DNA of 64,000 nucleotides from Candidatus Krumholzibacteriia bacterium (GTDB lineage: Bacteria > Krumholzibacteriota > Krumholzibacteriia > LZORAL124-64-63): assembly GCA_050174015.1 (NCBI GenBank), contig JBFXKG010000018.1:25510-89509 (forward strand), in the 5' to 3' direction. Below are positions 10,771 through 21,845 of the stretch, in pieces. Positions within the stretch are counted from its first letter, which is position 1. The number at the start of each line of letters is the position of its first letter. A program made the position numbers and the translations under genes. The notes beneath the pieces are model-generated. The model saw only the letters and a program-made list of their open reading frames with translations. It made no database searches and was not told where the DNA came from.

Positions 10771-10798
10771 TGCCTTCATCCGGCGACCGCCCCACAAT
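10770..10798 (+). promoter_or_regulatory. Putative sigma70 promoter for accC
   Basis: TTGCCT-N17-CACAAT. Confidence 0.5.
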
Positions 10799-10898
10799 AT
10801 GGCGGCAGTATCGAAAGTTCGAGGGATGAGGGCGTTCCGGCGGCCGCCGGGCGGCAGGGTGTCCCTTGGTGTCATAGCCACAGGCCAGGAAGTTCCGA

Positions 10899-12281
10899 AT
10901 GTTCAAAAAAATCCTCATCGCCAACCGCGGCGAGATCGCCCTGCGCGTCATGCGGGCCTGCCGTGAGCTGGGGATCCAGAGCGTCGCCATCCATTCCTTC
11001 GCGGACGTGGAGTCCCTCCATGTGAAATATGCCGACGAATCCGTCTGCGTCGGCAAGACGTCGAGCGCCGACAGCTACCTGAAGGTTCCCAACATCATCG
11101 CGGCCGCCGAGATCACCGGATCCGACGCCATCCACCCCGGATACGGGTTCCTGGCGGAGAATGCCGCCTTCGCGGAGATCTGCGTGGACAACGGGTTCAC
11201 CTGGATCGGTCCCGACGCCGAGGTCATCCGCTGCATGGGGGACAAGGCCACCGCGCGGACCATGGCCGTCGAGGCCGGCGTCCCGGTCGTTCCGGGGACG
11301 GGCCTGGTGCCCGGGGTCGAGGATGCGGTGACGGCCGCCGAGCAGTTCGGGTATCCGGTGATCATCAAGGCGACCGCCGGGGGCGGGGGCAAGGGCATGA
11401 GGGTGGCGCGCAACGAGGAGGAACTGCGCAAGAACTTCGTGGCGGCCCGGACCGAGGCGGGGGCGGCCTTCGGGAACGACGCCGTCTACATCGAGAAGTA
11501 CCTGGTGAAGCCCCGCCACGTGGAGATCCAGCTCATGGGGGACCACCACGGGACCGTGCTGCATTTCGGCGAACGGGATTGTTCCATCCAGCGCCGCCAC
11601 CAGAAGCTCATCGAGGAAGCTCCTTCGCCCGCGGTGACCCCGGAGATCCGCGCGGCCATGGGCGCGGCCGCCGTCCGCCTGGCCGAACGGGTGGGTTACA
11701 CCAGCGCCGGCACCGTCGAGTTCCTGCTCGACGAGGACGGGTCGTTCTACTTCATGGAGATGAACACGAGGATCCAGGTGGAGCATCCGGTGACGGAGAT
11801 GGTCACGGGACACGATCTGGTGAAGTGGATGATCCGGGTCGCCGCAGGGGAGAAGTTCACCTTCGGCCAGAAGGACATCCGGGTCACCGGGCACGCCATC
11901 GAATGCCGGATCAACGCCGAGAATCCCGAACGGGACTTCATGCCGTGCCCTGGCCGCGTCTTCTACTACCACGCTCCCGGAGGCCCGGGGATCCGAGTCG
12001 ACACCCACGTCTACTCCGACTACTCCGTCCCCCCCCATTACGATTCGTTGCTGGCCAAGATCATTGCCTACGGCGAGGATCGCGAGGAAGCTGTCGCAAG
12101 GATGCGACGGGCGCTGGCCGAGTGCGTCTTCGAAGGTCTGCCCACGAGCACGCCCTTCCACCAGGAAGTGCTCCAGCATCCCGTCTTCCTGGCGGGAAAG
12201 GCCACGACACGCTTCCTGGAAGAGGAATTGACCCAACTGCAGGAGGGTTTGCGTGTCCGGGCGAAATCCGAGGAAGGCTAG
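10899..12281 (+). CDS. accC: Biotin carboxylase
   Basis: [53 protein letters not shown]. Confidence 0.97.
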   Translation: MFKKILIANRGEIALRVMRACRELGIQSVAIHSFADVESLHVKYADESVCVGKTSSADSYLKVPNIIAAAEITGSDAIHPGYGFLAENAAFAEICVDNGFTWIGPDAEVIRCMGDKATARTMAVEAGVPVVPGTGLVPGVEDAVTAAEQFGYPVIIKATAGGGGKGMRVARNEEELRKNFVAARTEAGAAFGNDAVYIEKYLVKPRHVEIQLMGDHHGTVLHFGERDCSIQRRHQKLIEEAPSPAVTPEIRAAMGAAAVRLAERVGYTSAGTVEFLLDEDGSFYFMEMNTRIQVEHPVTEMVTGHDLVKWMIRVAAGEKFTFGQKDIRVTGHAIECRINAENPERDFMPCPGRVFYYHAPGGPGIRVDTHVYSDYSVPPHYDSLLAKIIAYGEDREEAVARMRRALAECVFEGLPTSTPFHQEVLQHPVFLAGKATTRFLEEELTQLQEGLRVRAKSEEG

Positions 12282-14715
12282 GCAAAGGGGCGCCGGAGCC
12301 GGTGCGGACGCCCCCTGGCTCAGCGGCCTGCTGCTGCTGGCCCTGGCGGCCTATCTGGGTCTGTCCCTGACCGGAGGGACGGGGCCGTGGTGGCTGGCGG
12401 TGACGGGTCATCCCCAGGACTCCCTGGTGGCGGGCGACAATCCCGGCGGCCCGGTCGGCGGGTATCTGGCCCTGGGCCTCGAGGTCATGCTCGGTCGACT
12501 GTGGGTCTGGGCGGTGCCCCTCATCCTGCTGTCGACCGGCGTGGGGATGTTCACCGGACGTCAGGTTCCCCCGCGATTCTGGCTGACGCGGATCCTGCCG
12601 CTCTGGATCGCCACCGGCGCCTTCGCGGCCCAGCCGAATTCCCTGGTCGAACCCGGGACCGGCGCCCGCTACGGGGGCATCGTCGGATTCTCCGTCGCCA
12701 GGGGTTTCACGGCCCTGTTCGGCCCCATGGGCGGCCCCATCTTCCTTTTTCTCCTCCTGGTGGTCACCGTCATCCTGGTCCTGCGTCCCTGGCTCGGCTG
12801 GCTGCCCGGCCTGCTCGAACGCCTCGGCGCGGGGCTTGCCGCCGTGGGTTCGGTCCTGCGTCGGATCCTGGCCTGGCCCGTGCAACTGGTCTGGCGGGTC
12901 TTGCGGGCGCCGGCAAGCTGGCCGGGCGCCCTGGCCGAGCGGAGGCGGCTGGCCCGGGATCGCAGGGCGGCAGAGGAGACGGCAGCCGAACGGGCCGGTG
13001 AATCCCGAACGGTCCCCTCTCCGGAACCCTCCCCGGCCGGACGGACCAGGGTCCTGCACGACGTGCCCGACACCACCGATCCCGCCGGATCCGTCGCGGA
13101 ATACGCCCATGGATTCGCGGACGAGGAGCGGCCGAAGGCCGCGGAGGGCGGGCCGGTCCCCGGATCGCTGACCCTCCAGGGCGCTGCCGGACCCGCCGAG
13201 GACGAGGGCTACTTCGAGGACGAGGGGGAGGTTTCCCGGCCGCGTCCGAAGAAGCGCAAGAAGGCCAAGGGGACCTTCGTCCTGCCGGATCTGGAACTGC
13301 TGACCCCCGCCGGACCGGACGTCCAGCTCCTCAATCGCCAGGAACTGGACGCGTCCGCCGACCTGCTGGAGGCCACCCTTCGCTCGTTCGGGGTCGAGGG
13401 GGAGGTGAAGGACGTCCGCCCGGGGCCCGTGGTCACCACCTTCGAGTACCAGCCGGGTTCCGGCATCCGCGTCAACCAGATCGTCCAGCGCAGCGACGAT
13501 CTGGCTCTGGCCATGAGGGCGCGTTCGATCCGCATGGAGGCGCCGATTCCCGGCAAGGCCGCCGTCGGCATCGAGATTCCCAACCCCAAGCCCAAGATGG
13601 TGCGGCTGCGCGAGGTCCTCGAAAACACGGATCAGGAGGGGGCCGGGGCCCTGACCGTCGTGCTGGGCAAGGACGTGGTCGGCCGGCCCGTCAACATCGA
13701 CATCGCCGGCCTGCCCCACCTGCTCGTGGCCGGGTCCACCGGCAGCGGCAAGTCGGTGTGCCTGAACGCCATGATCTGCAATCTGCTGCTGCGGAACACC
13801 CCCGAGACCCTGCGGCTGGTCCTCATCGACCCGAAGATGCTCGAGCTGAGCGTCTACAACGGCATCCCGCATCTGCTGCTGCCGGTGGTCACGGATCCCC
13901 GGGAGGCCCTCAAGGCGCTGCAGTGGATGGTGGCCCAGATGGAGTACCGGTACCGCCAGCTGTCGAAGCATTCGGTGCGGAACATCCTGCAGTACAACCA
14001 GAAGGTGGCCAAGGGCGAGATCGAGGACGAGGACGGGGAGACCGTCACCGAGATCATGCCCTACTTCGTGACCATCGTGGACGAGCTGGCGGACCTGATG
14101 ATCCAGCTCGGGGCCGACATGGAGGGTCCTATCACGCGCCTGGCGCAGAAGGCCCGGGCGGTGGGCATCCACCTGATCCTGGCCACCCAGCGGCCCAGCG
14201 TGGACGTGCTGACCGGCGTGATCAAGGCCAACATCCCCTGCCGGATCGCCTTCCGGGTGATCCAGAAGAACGACTCGAGGACCATCCTGGACATGAACGG
14301 CGCCGAGCAGCTGCTGGGGCACGGCGACATGCTCTACCTGCAGCCGGGCCGCGCCCTGCCCGTGCGCGTGCACGGCTCGTTCATCGACGTCGACGAGTGC
14401 GAGGCGATCTCCGCCCACTGGCAGGACTTCACCGGGATGACCGAGGAGATCAGCCTGAACGAGAACCCCGCCGGGGGCGGCATGGTCACCGGCGAGGACG
14501 ACCTTTTCGAGGAGGCCAAACGCATCGTGATCCTGCACCAGAGCGGCTCCACCTCCCTGCTGCAGCGCCGCCTGCGCATCGGGTACACCCGGGCCGGACG
14601 GCTCATGGACATGCTGGAGGAGGCGGGGGTCGTCGGCCCCTTCACCGGGAGCAAGGCCCGGGACGTGCTCATCAAGGCCGAGGACCTCGGTCAGGCCGGC
14701 GAGGGTCAGGCCTGA
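12253..14715 (+). CDS. ftsK: DNA translocase FtsK
   Basis: N-terminal TMs, [38 protein letters not shown], gamma domain [12 protein letters not shown]. Confidence 0.96.
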   Translation: MSGRNPRKARQRGAGAGADAPWLSGLLLLALAAYLGLSLTGGTGPWWLAVTGHPQDSLVAGDNPGGPVGGYLALGLEVMLGRLWVWAVPLILLSTGVGMFTGRQVPPRFWLTRILPLWIATGAFAAQPNSLVEPGTGARYGGIVGFSVARGFTALFGPMGGPIFLFLLLVVTVILVLRPWLGWLPGLLERLGAGLAAVGSVLRRILAWPVQLVWRVLRAPASWPGALAERRRLARDRRAAEETAAERAGESRTVPSPEPSPAGRTRVLHDVPDTTDPAGSVAEYAHGFADEERPKAAEGGPVPGSLTLQGAAGPAEDEGYFEDEGEVSRPRPKKRKKAKGTFVLPDLELLTPAGPDVQLLNRQELDASADLLEATLRSFGVEGEVKDVRPGPVVTTFEYQPGSGIRVNQIVQRSDDLALAMRARSIRMEAPIPGKAAVGIEIPNPKPKMVRLREVLENTDQEGAGALTVVLGKDVVGRPVNIDIAGLPHLLVAGSTGSGKSVCLNAMICNLLLRNTPETLRLVLIDPKMLELSVYNGIPHLLLPVVTDPREALKALQWMVAQMEYRYRQLSKHSVRNILQYNQKVAKGEIEDEDGETVTEIMPYFVTIVDELADLMIQLGADMEGPITRLAQKARAVGIHLILATQRPSVDVLTGVIKANIPCRIAFRVIQKNDSRTILDMNGAEQLLGHGDMLYLQPGRALPVRVHGSFIDVDECEAISAHWQDFTGMTEEISLNENPAGGGMVTGEDDLFEEAKRIVILHQSGSTSLLQRRLRIGYTRAGRLMDMLEEAGVVGPFTGSKARDVLIKAEDLGQAGEGQA

Positions 14716-16181
14716 TGCGGAAGGTGTTCTGCGCCACCCTGGGCTGCGACAAGAACCTCGTGGACTCCGAGGCGCTCCTGGGGCGTTTCGCGATCAAGGG
14801 CGTCCAGGCGGTGGACGACCCCGAAGCCGCCGACATCTGGGTCCTGAACACCTGCGGGTTCATCGAGGCCGCCCGCAGCGACAGCGCCGAGACGCTGCGG
14901 TCCCTGTGCGACGCCAAGGGGGAGCGCACCCTGGTCGTGTGCGGCTGCTGGTCCCAGGAACACGGCGACCTGATCCGCGAGCGCTTCCCCGCGGTGGACG
15001 TCGTCGCCGGGGTGGGGCAGTTCGACGCGGTGGTCGCCGCCTGTACGGGGACCGGGTCCCCGGCTCGGATGACCCCGACCGGGACGGGGGTCTTCCCCCT
15101 GGCGGGCCCCGCCTCGCCGCCCATCGTGGGCGATCCCATGACCGCACCCTACGTGGGCATCGCGGAGCGGCCCCTGCTGACCCCGGCGCACGTCGCGTTC
15201 GTGAAGATCGGCGAGGGGTGCAACTTCTCCTGTTCCTTCTGCCGGATCCCGCTGATCCGCGGCAAGCAGCGCAGCCGCCCGATCGCGGAGATCGCCGGCG
15301 AGGTCCGCCGGCTCGCCGGCCGGGGAGTCACGGAGATCCAGCTGGTCAGCCAGAACACCAGCGACTTCGGCCGGGACTCGGGGGAGAACCTGTACGACCT
15401 CGTCCGGACGCTGGACGGGATCGACGGCCTGCGGCGCATCCGCCTGTTCTATCTCTATTCGGGGGTGGTGACCGCCGGCGACCTGCTGCGTCTGCTCGAT
15501 CTGCCGAAGGTGGTCCCGTACCTCGACCTGCCGGTCCAGCACGCGTCCCCCCGCCTTTTGAAGGCCATGCGCCGTCCCGGCCTGTCGCGCACGTCTCCCG
15601 ACTTCTTCGCGACCCTCAGGCGGGCCCGCCCGGACGTCGTGCTGCGGTCCACCGCCCTGCTGGGTTTCCCGGGGGAGGAGGACGAGGACGTGGCCATGCT
15701 GGCCGACTTCCTGGCCGAGGTGGAGTTTGACCACCTGGGGACCTATCGTTATTCTCCCGAGCCGGGAACGTCGTCGGCCGAGCTTCCTGACCGGGTGCCC
15801 GAGGAAGTGATCCTCGACCGGGAAGCCCTCATCCAGGGCATCCAGGAGGAGATCGCCCTGGAGCGGATGGAAGGCCGGGTGGGTCAGGAGCACGAGGTCC
15901 TGGTGGACCGCATCCTGGGGCCGGACGAACTCGCCGCGGAGGGCTGGCTGGATCTCCTGGACGGTTTCGAGGACGGGGCTGAAGCCGCCGGGACCCTGCG
16001 GCAGGCTACCCTCGGGACCGCACCTTTGGCTGTGGGACGCAGTTTCCATTTCGGGTATGATGTGGACGGGAGCGTCATCATGCCCGCCGGGAACCTGGAG
16101 CCGGGCCGTTATGTTAGAGGCGTGTTCCGGAAGGCGACCGCCACCGATGTCTGGGCCGAGGAGCCCGCGGGTGAACCATGA
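14715..16181 (+). CDS. rimO: Ribosomal protein S12 methylthiotransferase
   Basis: LGCDKNLVDSE, NTCGFIEAA, KIGEGCNFSCSFCRIP radical-SAM motif, TRAM-like end. ATG overlaps the ftsK stop. Confidence 0.9.
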   Translation: MRKVFCATLGCDKNLVDSEALLGRFAIKGVQAVDDPEAADIWVLNTCGFIEAARSDSAETLRSLCDAKGERTLVVCGCWSQEHGDLIRERFPAVDVVAGVGQFDAVVAACTGTGSPARMTPTGTGVFPLAGPASPPIVGDPMTAPYVGIAERPLLTPAHVAFVKIGEGCNFSCSFCRIPLIRGKQRSRPIAEIAGEVRRLAGRGVTEIQLVSQNTSDFGRDSGENLYDLVRTLDGIDGLRRIRLFYLYSGVVTAGDLLRLLDLPKVVPYLDLPVQHASPRLLKAMRRPGLSRTSPDFFATLRRARPDVVLRSTALLGFPGEEDEDVAMLADFLAEVEFDHLGTYRYSPEPGTSSAELPDRVPEEVILDREALIQGIQEEIALERMEGRVGQEHEVLVDRILGPDELAAEGWLDLLDGFEDGAEAAGTLRQATLGTAPLAVGRSFHFGYDVDGSVIMPAGNLEPGRYVRGVFRKATATDVWAEEPAGEP

Positions 16182-16885
16182 GGGAAAGGCCTGTTGAACG
16201 CATGAACTCTCTCGCCGCTCGTCCCGTCGCCATGTCCGGGATCATGCTCGCGCTGTCCCTGGTCTGCGTCTCCGCCCTGGCCGGGGAGGGAGCCGGCCCT
16301 CTTGCGGCGGCGAGGCCCGACACCGTGCGGACCAACCTGTGGCTGGCCGAATCGCTGCTTGCCGAGGTGGCAGCCGAGGGGGTGGCCGCCCTGCCGCAGG
16401 ACGGCGGCGGCGTCCGCCTGCAGAGCGCCCTCGACACGCCGGCGGCCCATCTCTTCCAGACGGTGGCCGCGGAGATGCTGGCCGACCGGGGATTCGAGGT
16501 CTTCCTCGATACGGGTGAAGAGGGGGTTCCGGCTCCGGTGGATTACGTCTTCGGCTACCGGGTCCTCGGAGTCCAGCTCGATTATCCCGAAGTGGGTCGG
16601 ACCCTGGGGATCTGGCGCAACTGGGTCGGCCGGGAGGTCGAGGTCTCGGTGATGCTGGAACTGTCGGAGGCCGCCACGGGCAGGGTGCTGCTGAACCGCA
16701 AGATCGACCGCAGCTATCGCGACCGTTTCGACGACCACGAGCTCGGCCGGGTCGAATCCCCCCTGTACGACTTCACGACCGCGGAGATCAAGGGCAGCGG
16801 CTGGCAGGACCGGATGGAGGAAGTCGTGGTCCTCGGCACCCTGGCCGGCCTGGTCGCCGTCTATTTCGCCAACACCAGCGATTGA
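16178..16885 (+). CDS. Hypothetical exported protein with C-terminal hydrophobic helix
   Basis: Signal-like N-terminus and terminal VVVLGTLAGLVAVYF. ATGA overlap with rimO; host-like codon usage. Confidence 0.7.
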   Translation: MRERPVERMNSLAARPVAMSGIMLALSLVCVSALAGEGAGPLAAARPDTVRTNLWLAESLLAEVAAEGVAALPQDGGGVRLQSALDTPAAHLFQTVAAEMLADRGFEVFLDTGEEGVPAPVDYVFGYRVLGVQLDYPEVGRTLGIWRNWVGREVEVSVMLELSEAATGRVLLNRKIDRSYRDRFDDHELGRVESPLYDFTTAEIKGSGWQDRMEEVVVLGTLAGLVAVYFANTSD

Positions 16886-16921
16886 TGCCGCCGCCGCCCC
16901 GCGGCCGGCCCGGAGGATGCA

Positions 16922-17725
16922 TTGGCTCCGTTGAAACGCACACATCCCGTACCTGTGGCCGGCCTGGTGATGGCGGCGGAACTCCTGCTCCTGGCGATCT
17001 CGGGGGCCGGCTGCGGCACCAGCAATCCCCATCCGCCGGGCAGCTTCGACCGCGGGGTGTTCTACGCGGAGAAGGGGAACGGCATCGAGGCGGTCGCGGC
17101 GTTCGAATCCTTCGTGCGCCGCAATCCGACCGACAGCCTCGCCGCCGAAGCGCAGTTCCTCAAGGCCATGACCTACATGGAGATGAAGGAATTCCCCCTC
17201 GCGGCCGTCGAGTTCCAGATCCTGCGCAAGGACTACCCCACCAGCGACCGGGTGGAGGAGGCGTTCTTCCAGGAGGGGCTGGCCTACCTGGGCCAGGTGG
17301 GCCGGATCCAGCGGGACATCACCGGGGCCTACGAGGCCAGGCTGCACTTCCTGAAGTTCATGCAGACCTATCCCCAGTCGGCGCGCATCCCCGAAGCCCG
17401 GAAGGTCATGCAGGACATCTCGGACCTGATGGTGGACAAGCGCCTCGAGCAGGTGCGGGTCTTCCAGCAGCTGAACCGGCACCAGGCCGTGGCCGCGACC
17501 CTGGACGGGGTCCTGGCCGATGAAGCCGGCAGCTCACGTCTCGACGAGGTGCTCTGGGTGAGGGCCCAGACCGCCGGCAAGCTGGAAAAGCCCGAGGAAC
17601 GGCGGGAGTTCCTCCGGAGGCTGGTGAACGAATTCCCCGAGAGCCCCTACGCCGAGCGGGCCCGGTCCGCCCTGAAGCGCGACGGCGATTCCGGGGCCGG
17701 CGGGGAGGAAACCGAGGGGCCATGA
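16922..17725 (+). CDS. bamD: Outer membrane protein assembly lipoprotein BamD
   Basis: Lipobox GAGC, TPRs with YPTS/YPQS/FPES turns, RDITGAYEA. Exact start uncertain (16922-16970). Confidence 0.8.
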   Translation: MAPLKRTHPVPVAGLVMAAELLLLAISGAGCGTSNPHPPGSFDRGVFYAEKGNGIEAVAAFESFVRRNPTDSLAAEAQFLKAMTYMEMKEFPLAAVEFQILRKDYPTSDRVEEAFFQEGLAYLGQVGRIQRDITGAYEARLHFLKFMQTYPQSARIPEARKVMQDISDLMVDKRLEQVRVFQQLNRHQAVAATLDGVLADEAGSSRLDEVLWVRAQTAGKLEKPEERREFLRRLVNEFPESPYAERARSALKRDGDSGAGGEETEGP

Positions 17726-18336
17726 TCCTCGCCGTCCTCGGCGGCTCCTTCGATCCGGTCCATGAAGGCCACGCGGCCCTGGCGCGCCACCTGCTGGCCG
17801 GGGGGTACGCCGAGCGCCTCCTGGTGATTCCCGCCGCCCGCTCTCCCCACAAGGACGGCCCCCGCGTTTCCGGGGACCGCCGGCTCGCCATGCTCCGTCT
17901 GGCCTTCGCGGGCGTCCCCGGCAGCGAAATCGACGACAGGGAACTGCGCCGGGGCGGCGTGTCCTACACCGTCGAAACCCTGGCCGAGCTCGCCGCCGAA
18001 CGTCCGGGTTGCGAACTCCGCCTGGCCATCGGCCAGGACAACCTGGCCGGCTTCCCGACCTGGCGTTCACCGGAGAGGATCCTCGAACTCGCCGCACTCC
18101 TGGTCTTCAGCCGCGAGGTCTCCGGACCGGGCGTTCCCCGCACTCCGGCCGCGGCCGGAAGGATGCTGCAGGAGGCCCGCCTTGCGGGCGGACGGCTGAT
18201 CTGGGTCGGAGATTTCCGGGACCCCGTGTCATCCACCGGAGTTCGTGCTATGCTGGCGGCAGGCGGGGACACGGCCGGGATGCTGCATCCGGACGTCCGC
18301 GCCTACATCGACGCCCACGATCTTTACCGCGCCTGA
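17722..18336 (+). CDS. nadD: Nicotinate-nucleotide adenylyltransferase
   Basis: GGSFDPVHEGH, SPHK, SYTVETL, IGQD, VSSTGVR. Confidence 0.93.
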   Translation: MILAVLGGSFDPVHEGHAALARHLLAGGYAERLLVIPAARSPHKDGPRVSGDRRLAMLRLAFAGVPGSEIDDRELRRGGVSYTVETLAELAAERPGCELRLAIGQDNLAGFPTWRSPERILELAALLVFSREVSGPGVPRTPAAAGRMLQEARLAGGRLIWVGDFRDPVSSTGVRAMLAAGGDTAGMLHPDVRAYIDAHDLYRA

Positions 18337-18380
18337 AGATCCCCGGCCGGTCCCTGATCCGTCCGCGAAAGGTTGAACCC

Positions 18381-21224
18381 GTGTCCCTGATCCTGGTCGA
18401 CGGCTCCGCCCTTGTCTACCGGTCCCATTACGCCTTCGCCAACCGTCCCCTGACCTCTCCTTCCGGCGAGCTGACCTCGGTGGCCTTCGGCTTCCTCAAC
18501 TCCGTCCTGCGGCTGATCGAGGACCGGGCCCCGACCCATCTGGCGGTGGTCTTCGATCTTCCCGGCAAGAACTTCCGGCACGCGATCTTCCCCGAGTACA
18601 AGGCCCACCGGAAACCCATGCCGGAGGAGATCGTCGAGCAGCTGCCCCGCCTGCGGGAACTCCTGGATGCCTGGGGAGTCCCCGTCCTGGAGAAGGCGGG
18701 AGTCGAGGCGGACGACGTCATGGGCACCCTGGCCCGGCAGGCCTCCGCGGCCGGGCAGCGGGTCTGGCTGTACACGGGCGACAAGGACTTCATGCAGCTC
18801 CTGGACGGGAACATCGGCATGCTGAAGCCGGGCCGGAGGGGGGACGAGATCACCGAGCTGGACGCGGCCGACGTCCGCCGGGAATACGGCCTGGAACCGG
18901 TCGAACTCATCGAGGTGTTCGCGCTCTCGGGCGACAAGGCCGACAACATCCCGGGCGCGCCCGGGGTCGGGGACAAGACGGCCCTCAAGCTCATCCAGGA
19001 CTTCGGTTCGCTGGACGGGCTTTTCGACGGGCTCGAGGCGAGCAAGCTGACTCCCCGGCTCAAGCGGGTCCTCGGGGAGAACCGGGATCAGGTGTACCTC
19101 TCGCGGGACCTTTTCACCATCCGCACCGACGTGGACCTCCCCGGCTCGTGGCGCGATCTGCGCACGGTGCTGCCCACGGGGGACGAGGTGTCCACCCTGC
19201 TCCAGGAGCTGGGGTTGCGCCGGGTGCGCCAGCTCATCGATCGCCTGGCCGGCGCCGCCGCGGATTCGGGAACGGACGCCGGGACCCGTGAGGATGTCAC
19301 CAGCCCGGATCCCGCTTCACCGGCGCTTCCGGCCCCTGCGGCGGCCGATTCCTGGGAGGGAAGGCGGCGGGCCCGCGGCTACGAACGCCTGGCCGACCTC
19401 GCCTCGCTGCAGGGATGGCTCGATGACATGGATCCCGAGGCGCCCCTGGCGATCGACACCGAGACCGACGGGTTGCGGAAGGACACCTGCCGGCTCGTCG
19501 GCATCAGCCTGGCCGGCAGCCCGCGCGAGGGGCGGACCCTGCCGCCGGCCTACGTGCCCGTTCTCTGGAGGGAGGAGGAGGACCACGGAGGGGCAGGCAC
19601 CCTTTTCCCGGAAACCGCGGTCCGTTCCCGACTGGAGGAGGTCAGGTCCGTCCTGCAGCCGTTCCTGTCCGGGTCGAACCTGAAGGTCGGGCAGAACCTG
19701 AAGTTCGACGAGTGGATCCTGGAGCGCCACGGCTTCCGGCTGTCGGGGCCCCGGTTCGACACCATGCTGGCCTCCTACGTCCTCGATCCCGGCCGCCGCA
19801 GCCACGGGCTGGACGAGCTCGTCCTCGACCTGCTGGGCCACCGCATGATGCCTTACGCGGACCTGTTCGGTTCCGGCGACAAGGCCCGGGACATCCTCGC
19901 GGTCGATCCGGACCGGCTCGCCCTCTACGCCGCCGAGGACGCCGATTACACCCTGCAGCTGTTCGTCCGGCTCCAGGAAGAGCTCCGGACCGAGGGCATG
20001 GAGGGACTGTTCCGGGACCTGGAGATGCCGGTGGCCCGGGTGCTGCTCGTCATGGAGCGCAACGGGATCATGATCGACCGCCCCTTCCTGGCGGAACTGC
20101 GGGATCGCTTCGAGACCGAACTCGCCGATTATACCCGGCGCATCCACGAATTGGCCGGCGAGGCCTTCAACATCCAGAGCCCGAAGCAGCTGGGCGAGAT
20201 CCTGTTCGAGAAGCTCGGCCTCAAGCCCCTCAAGAAGACCGCCACGGGCTGGAGCACCGACGTGGACGTCCTGACCGCCCTCGCCGAGGAGCACGAGCTG
20301 CCCGCGCTCATTCTCGAGTACCGCCAGATCGCCAAGCTCCAGAACACCTACGTGGAAACCCTGCCCGACCTGGCCAATCCCGACACCGGCCTGATCCACA
20401 CGTCGTACAACCAGGCCGTCGCCGCCACCGGGAGGCTGTCGAGTTCCGATCCCAACCTGCAGAACATCCCGGTGCGGACCGAACTGGGCCGGCAGATCAG
20501 GCGGGCCTTCGTGCCGCGGGCCGGGGACCACGTGTTCCTGTCCGCGGATTATTCCCAGGTCGAGCTGCGCCTGCTGGCCCACCTCGCCGACGATCCGGGT
20601 CTGCAGCAGGCCTTCCGCGACGGAGCCGACGTCCACCGGCGGACCGCCGCCCTCATCGCCGGGGTCGGGGAGGATGAGGTCACCGCCGGGATGCGCAGCC
20701 GCGCCAAGGCCATCAACTTCGGCGTCATCTACGGGATGGGCGCCCGCGCCCTGGCGCGTCAGATCGGCGTCAAGGTCGCCGAGGCGGCCGAGTTCATCGA
20801 AACCTACTTCCGGACCTACCCCGGGGTGCGGGCCTTCATCGAGGCCACCAAGGAAGCCGCCAGGCGCGAGGGCTCGGTGGCCACCCTGCTCGGCAGGCGG
20901 CGCCTGCTGCCGGACATCCAGTCGGCCAACAACCGCGTCCGCAGCTTCCAGGAGCGGGTCGCGGTGAACACCCCGATCCAGGGGACCGCGGCCGACCTGA
21001 TCAAGCTGGCCATGGTGCGGATCCAGGGCCGCCTGGACGCCTCGGAACTGCGCGCCATGCTGTTGATGCAGGTCCACGACGAACTGGTCCTGGAGGTGCA
21101 TCGCGGGGACCTGGCGCCCGTGGAGGACCTCGTGCGGACGGGCATGGAGGGGGCTCTCGACCTCAAGGTCCCCCTGGTGGTCGACATCCACACCGGGCGC
21201 AACTGGGCGGAGGCCCACGGATGA
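18381..21224 (+). CDS. polA: DNA polymerase I
   Basis: LVDGSALVYR 5'-exonuclease, DTETD 3'-exonuclease, LSSSDPNLQNIP, SADYSQVELR, AKAINFGVIYG, QVHDELV; GTG start 18381. Confidence 0.98.
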   Translation: MSLILVDGSALVYRSHYAFANRPLTSPSGELTSVAFGFLNSVLRLIEDRAPTHLAVVFDLPGKNFRHAIFPEYKAHRKPMPEEIVEQLPRLRELLDAWGVPVLEKAGVEADDVMGTLARQASAAGQRVWLYTGDKDFMQLLDGNIGMLKPGRRGDEITELDAADVRREYGLEPVELIEVFALSGDKADNIPGAPGVGDKTALKLIQDFGSLDGLFDGLEASKLTPRLKRVLGENRDQVYLSRDLFTIRTDVDLPGSWRDLRTVLPTGDEVSTLLQELGLRRVRQLIDRLAGAAADSGTDAGTREDVTSPDPASPALPAPAAADSWEGRRRARGYERLADLASLQGWLDDMDPEAPLAIDTETDGLRKDTCRLVGISLAGSPREGRTLPPAYVPVLWREEEDHGGAGTLFPETAVRSRLEEVRSVLQPFLSGSNLKVGQNLKFDEWILERHGFRLSGPRFDTMLASYVLDPGRRSHGLDELVLDLLGHRMMPYADLFGSGDKARDILAVDPDRLALYAAEDADYTLQLFVRLQEELRTEGMEGLFRDLEMPVARVLLVMERNGIMIDRPFLAELRDRFETELADYTRRIHELAGEAFNIQSPKQLGEILFEKLGLKPLKKTATGWSTDVDVLTALAEEHELPALILEYRQIAKLQNTYVETLPDLANPDTGLIHTSYNQAVAATGRLSSSDPNLQNIPVRTELGRQIRRAFVPRAGDHVFLSADYSQVELRLLAHLADDPGLQQAFRDGADVHRRTAALIAGVGEDEVTAGMRSRAKAINFGVIYGMGARALARQIGVKVAEAAEFIETYFRTYPGVRAFIEATKEAARREGSVATLLGRRRLLPDIQSANNRVRSFQERVAVNTPIQGTAADLIKLAMVRIQGRLDASELRAMLLMQVHDELVLEVHRGDLAPVEDLVRTGMEGALDLKVPLVVDIHTGRNWAEAHG

Positions 21225-21817
21225 GGACCGTGGTGGTGACCGGGCCCATCGCGGGCGGCAAGTCCACCCTGACCCGGCTGCTCGCGGCCGGGGGGGCTGC
21301 GGTTCTCGACGGGGACGCGCTCGGACACGAGGTGCTCCGGCTTCCCGAGGTCCAGGAGGCGCTGATCGGGACCTTCGGGCCGCAGGTGGTCCGGAACGGG
21401 CAGGTCGACCGGAAGGCCCTGGGCCGCATCGTTTTCTCCGATCAGCTCAAGCTCCGGGAACTGAACGCCATCACCCACGAGCCGCTGGCCGACCTGTTCC
21501 GGCAGCGGCTGGATCTCCTCGCCCGCGAGGGAGCCCATGACCTTGCCGTCCTGGAGGCGGCCGTTTATTATCTTTTGCCTTCCCCGGTCCCCGTGGATAT
21601 GGTGGTCACCGTGACCGCGCCGGCGGACATCCGCCTGCAGCGTCTGCTTGCCCGCGACGGGTGCGATCCCGCCGCCGCGGCGGCGAGGATCGCCGCCCAG
21701 GCCGACCTGGAACGGGGCTGGGCATCCGCCGACCTCGTCGTGGTCAACGACGACGGACCCGCGGAAATGGAGGAGGCGGCCCGGCGCATCCGCAGCCTGC
21801 TGGGCCTGGACCCCTGA
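21221..21817 (+). CDS. coaE: Dephospho-CoA kinase
   Basis: TGPIAGGKST, DRKALGRIVF, LNAITHE, RLLARDG. Confidence 0.92.
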   Translation: MRTVVVTGPIAGGKSTLTRLLAAGGAAVLDGDALGHEVLRLPEVQEALIGTFGPQVVRNGQVDRKALGRIVFSDQLKLRELNAITHEPLADLFRQRLDLLAREGAHDLAVLEAAVYYLLPSPVPVDMVVTVTAPADIRLQRLLARDGCDPAAAAARIAAQADLERGWASADLVVVNDDGPAEMEEAARRIRSLLGLDP

Positions 21818-21845
21818 TCGGACAACCCGGAAGTAGGATGACGAC

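Noticed and set aside
13758-14714. Apparent N-terminal extensions of RimO, and likewise PolA (18009), McsB (26510), BshC (42870) and BshA (45420)
   Set aside because: Open off-frames of the upstream genes; the real starts are at coupled junctions or nearer start codons.
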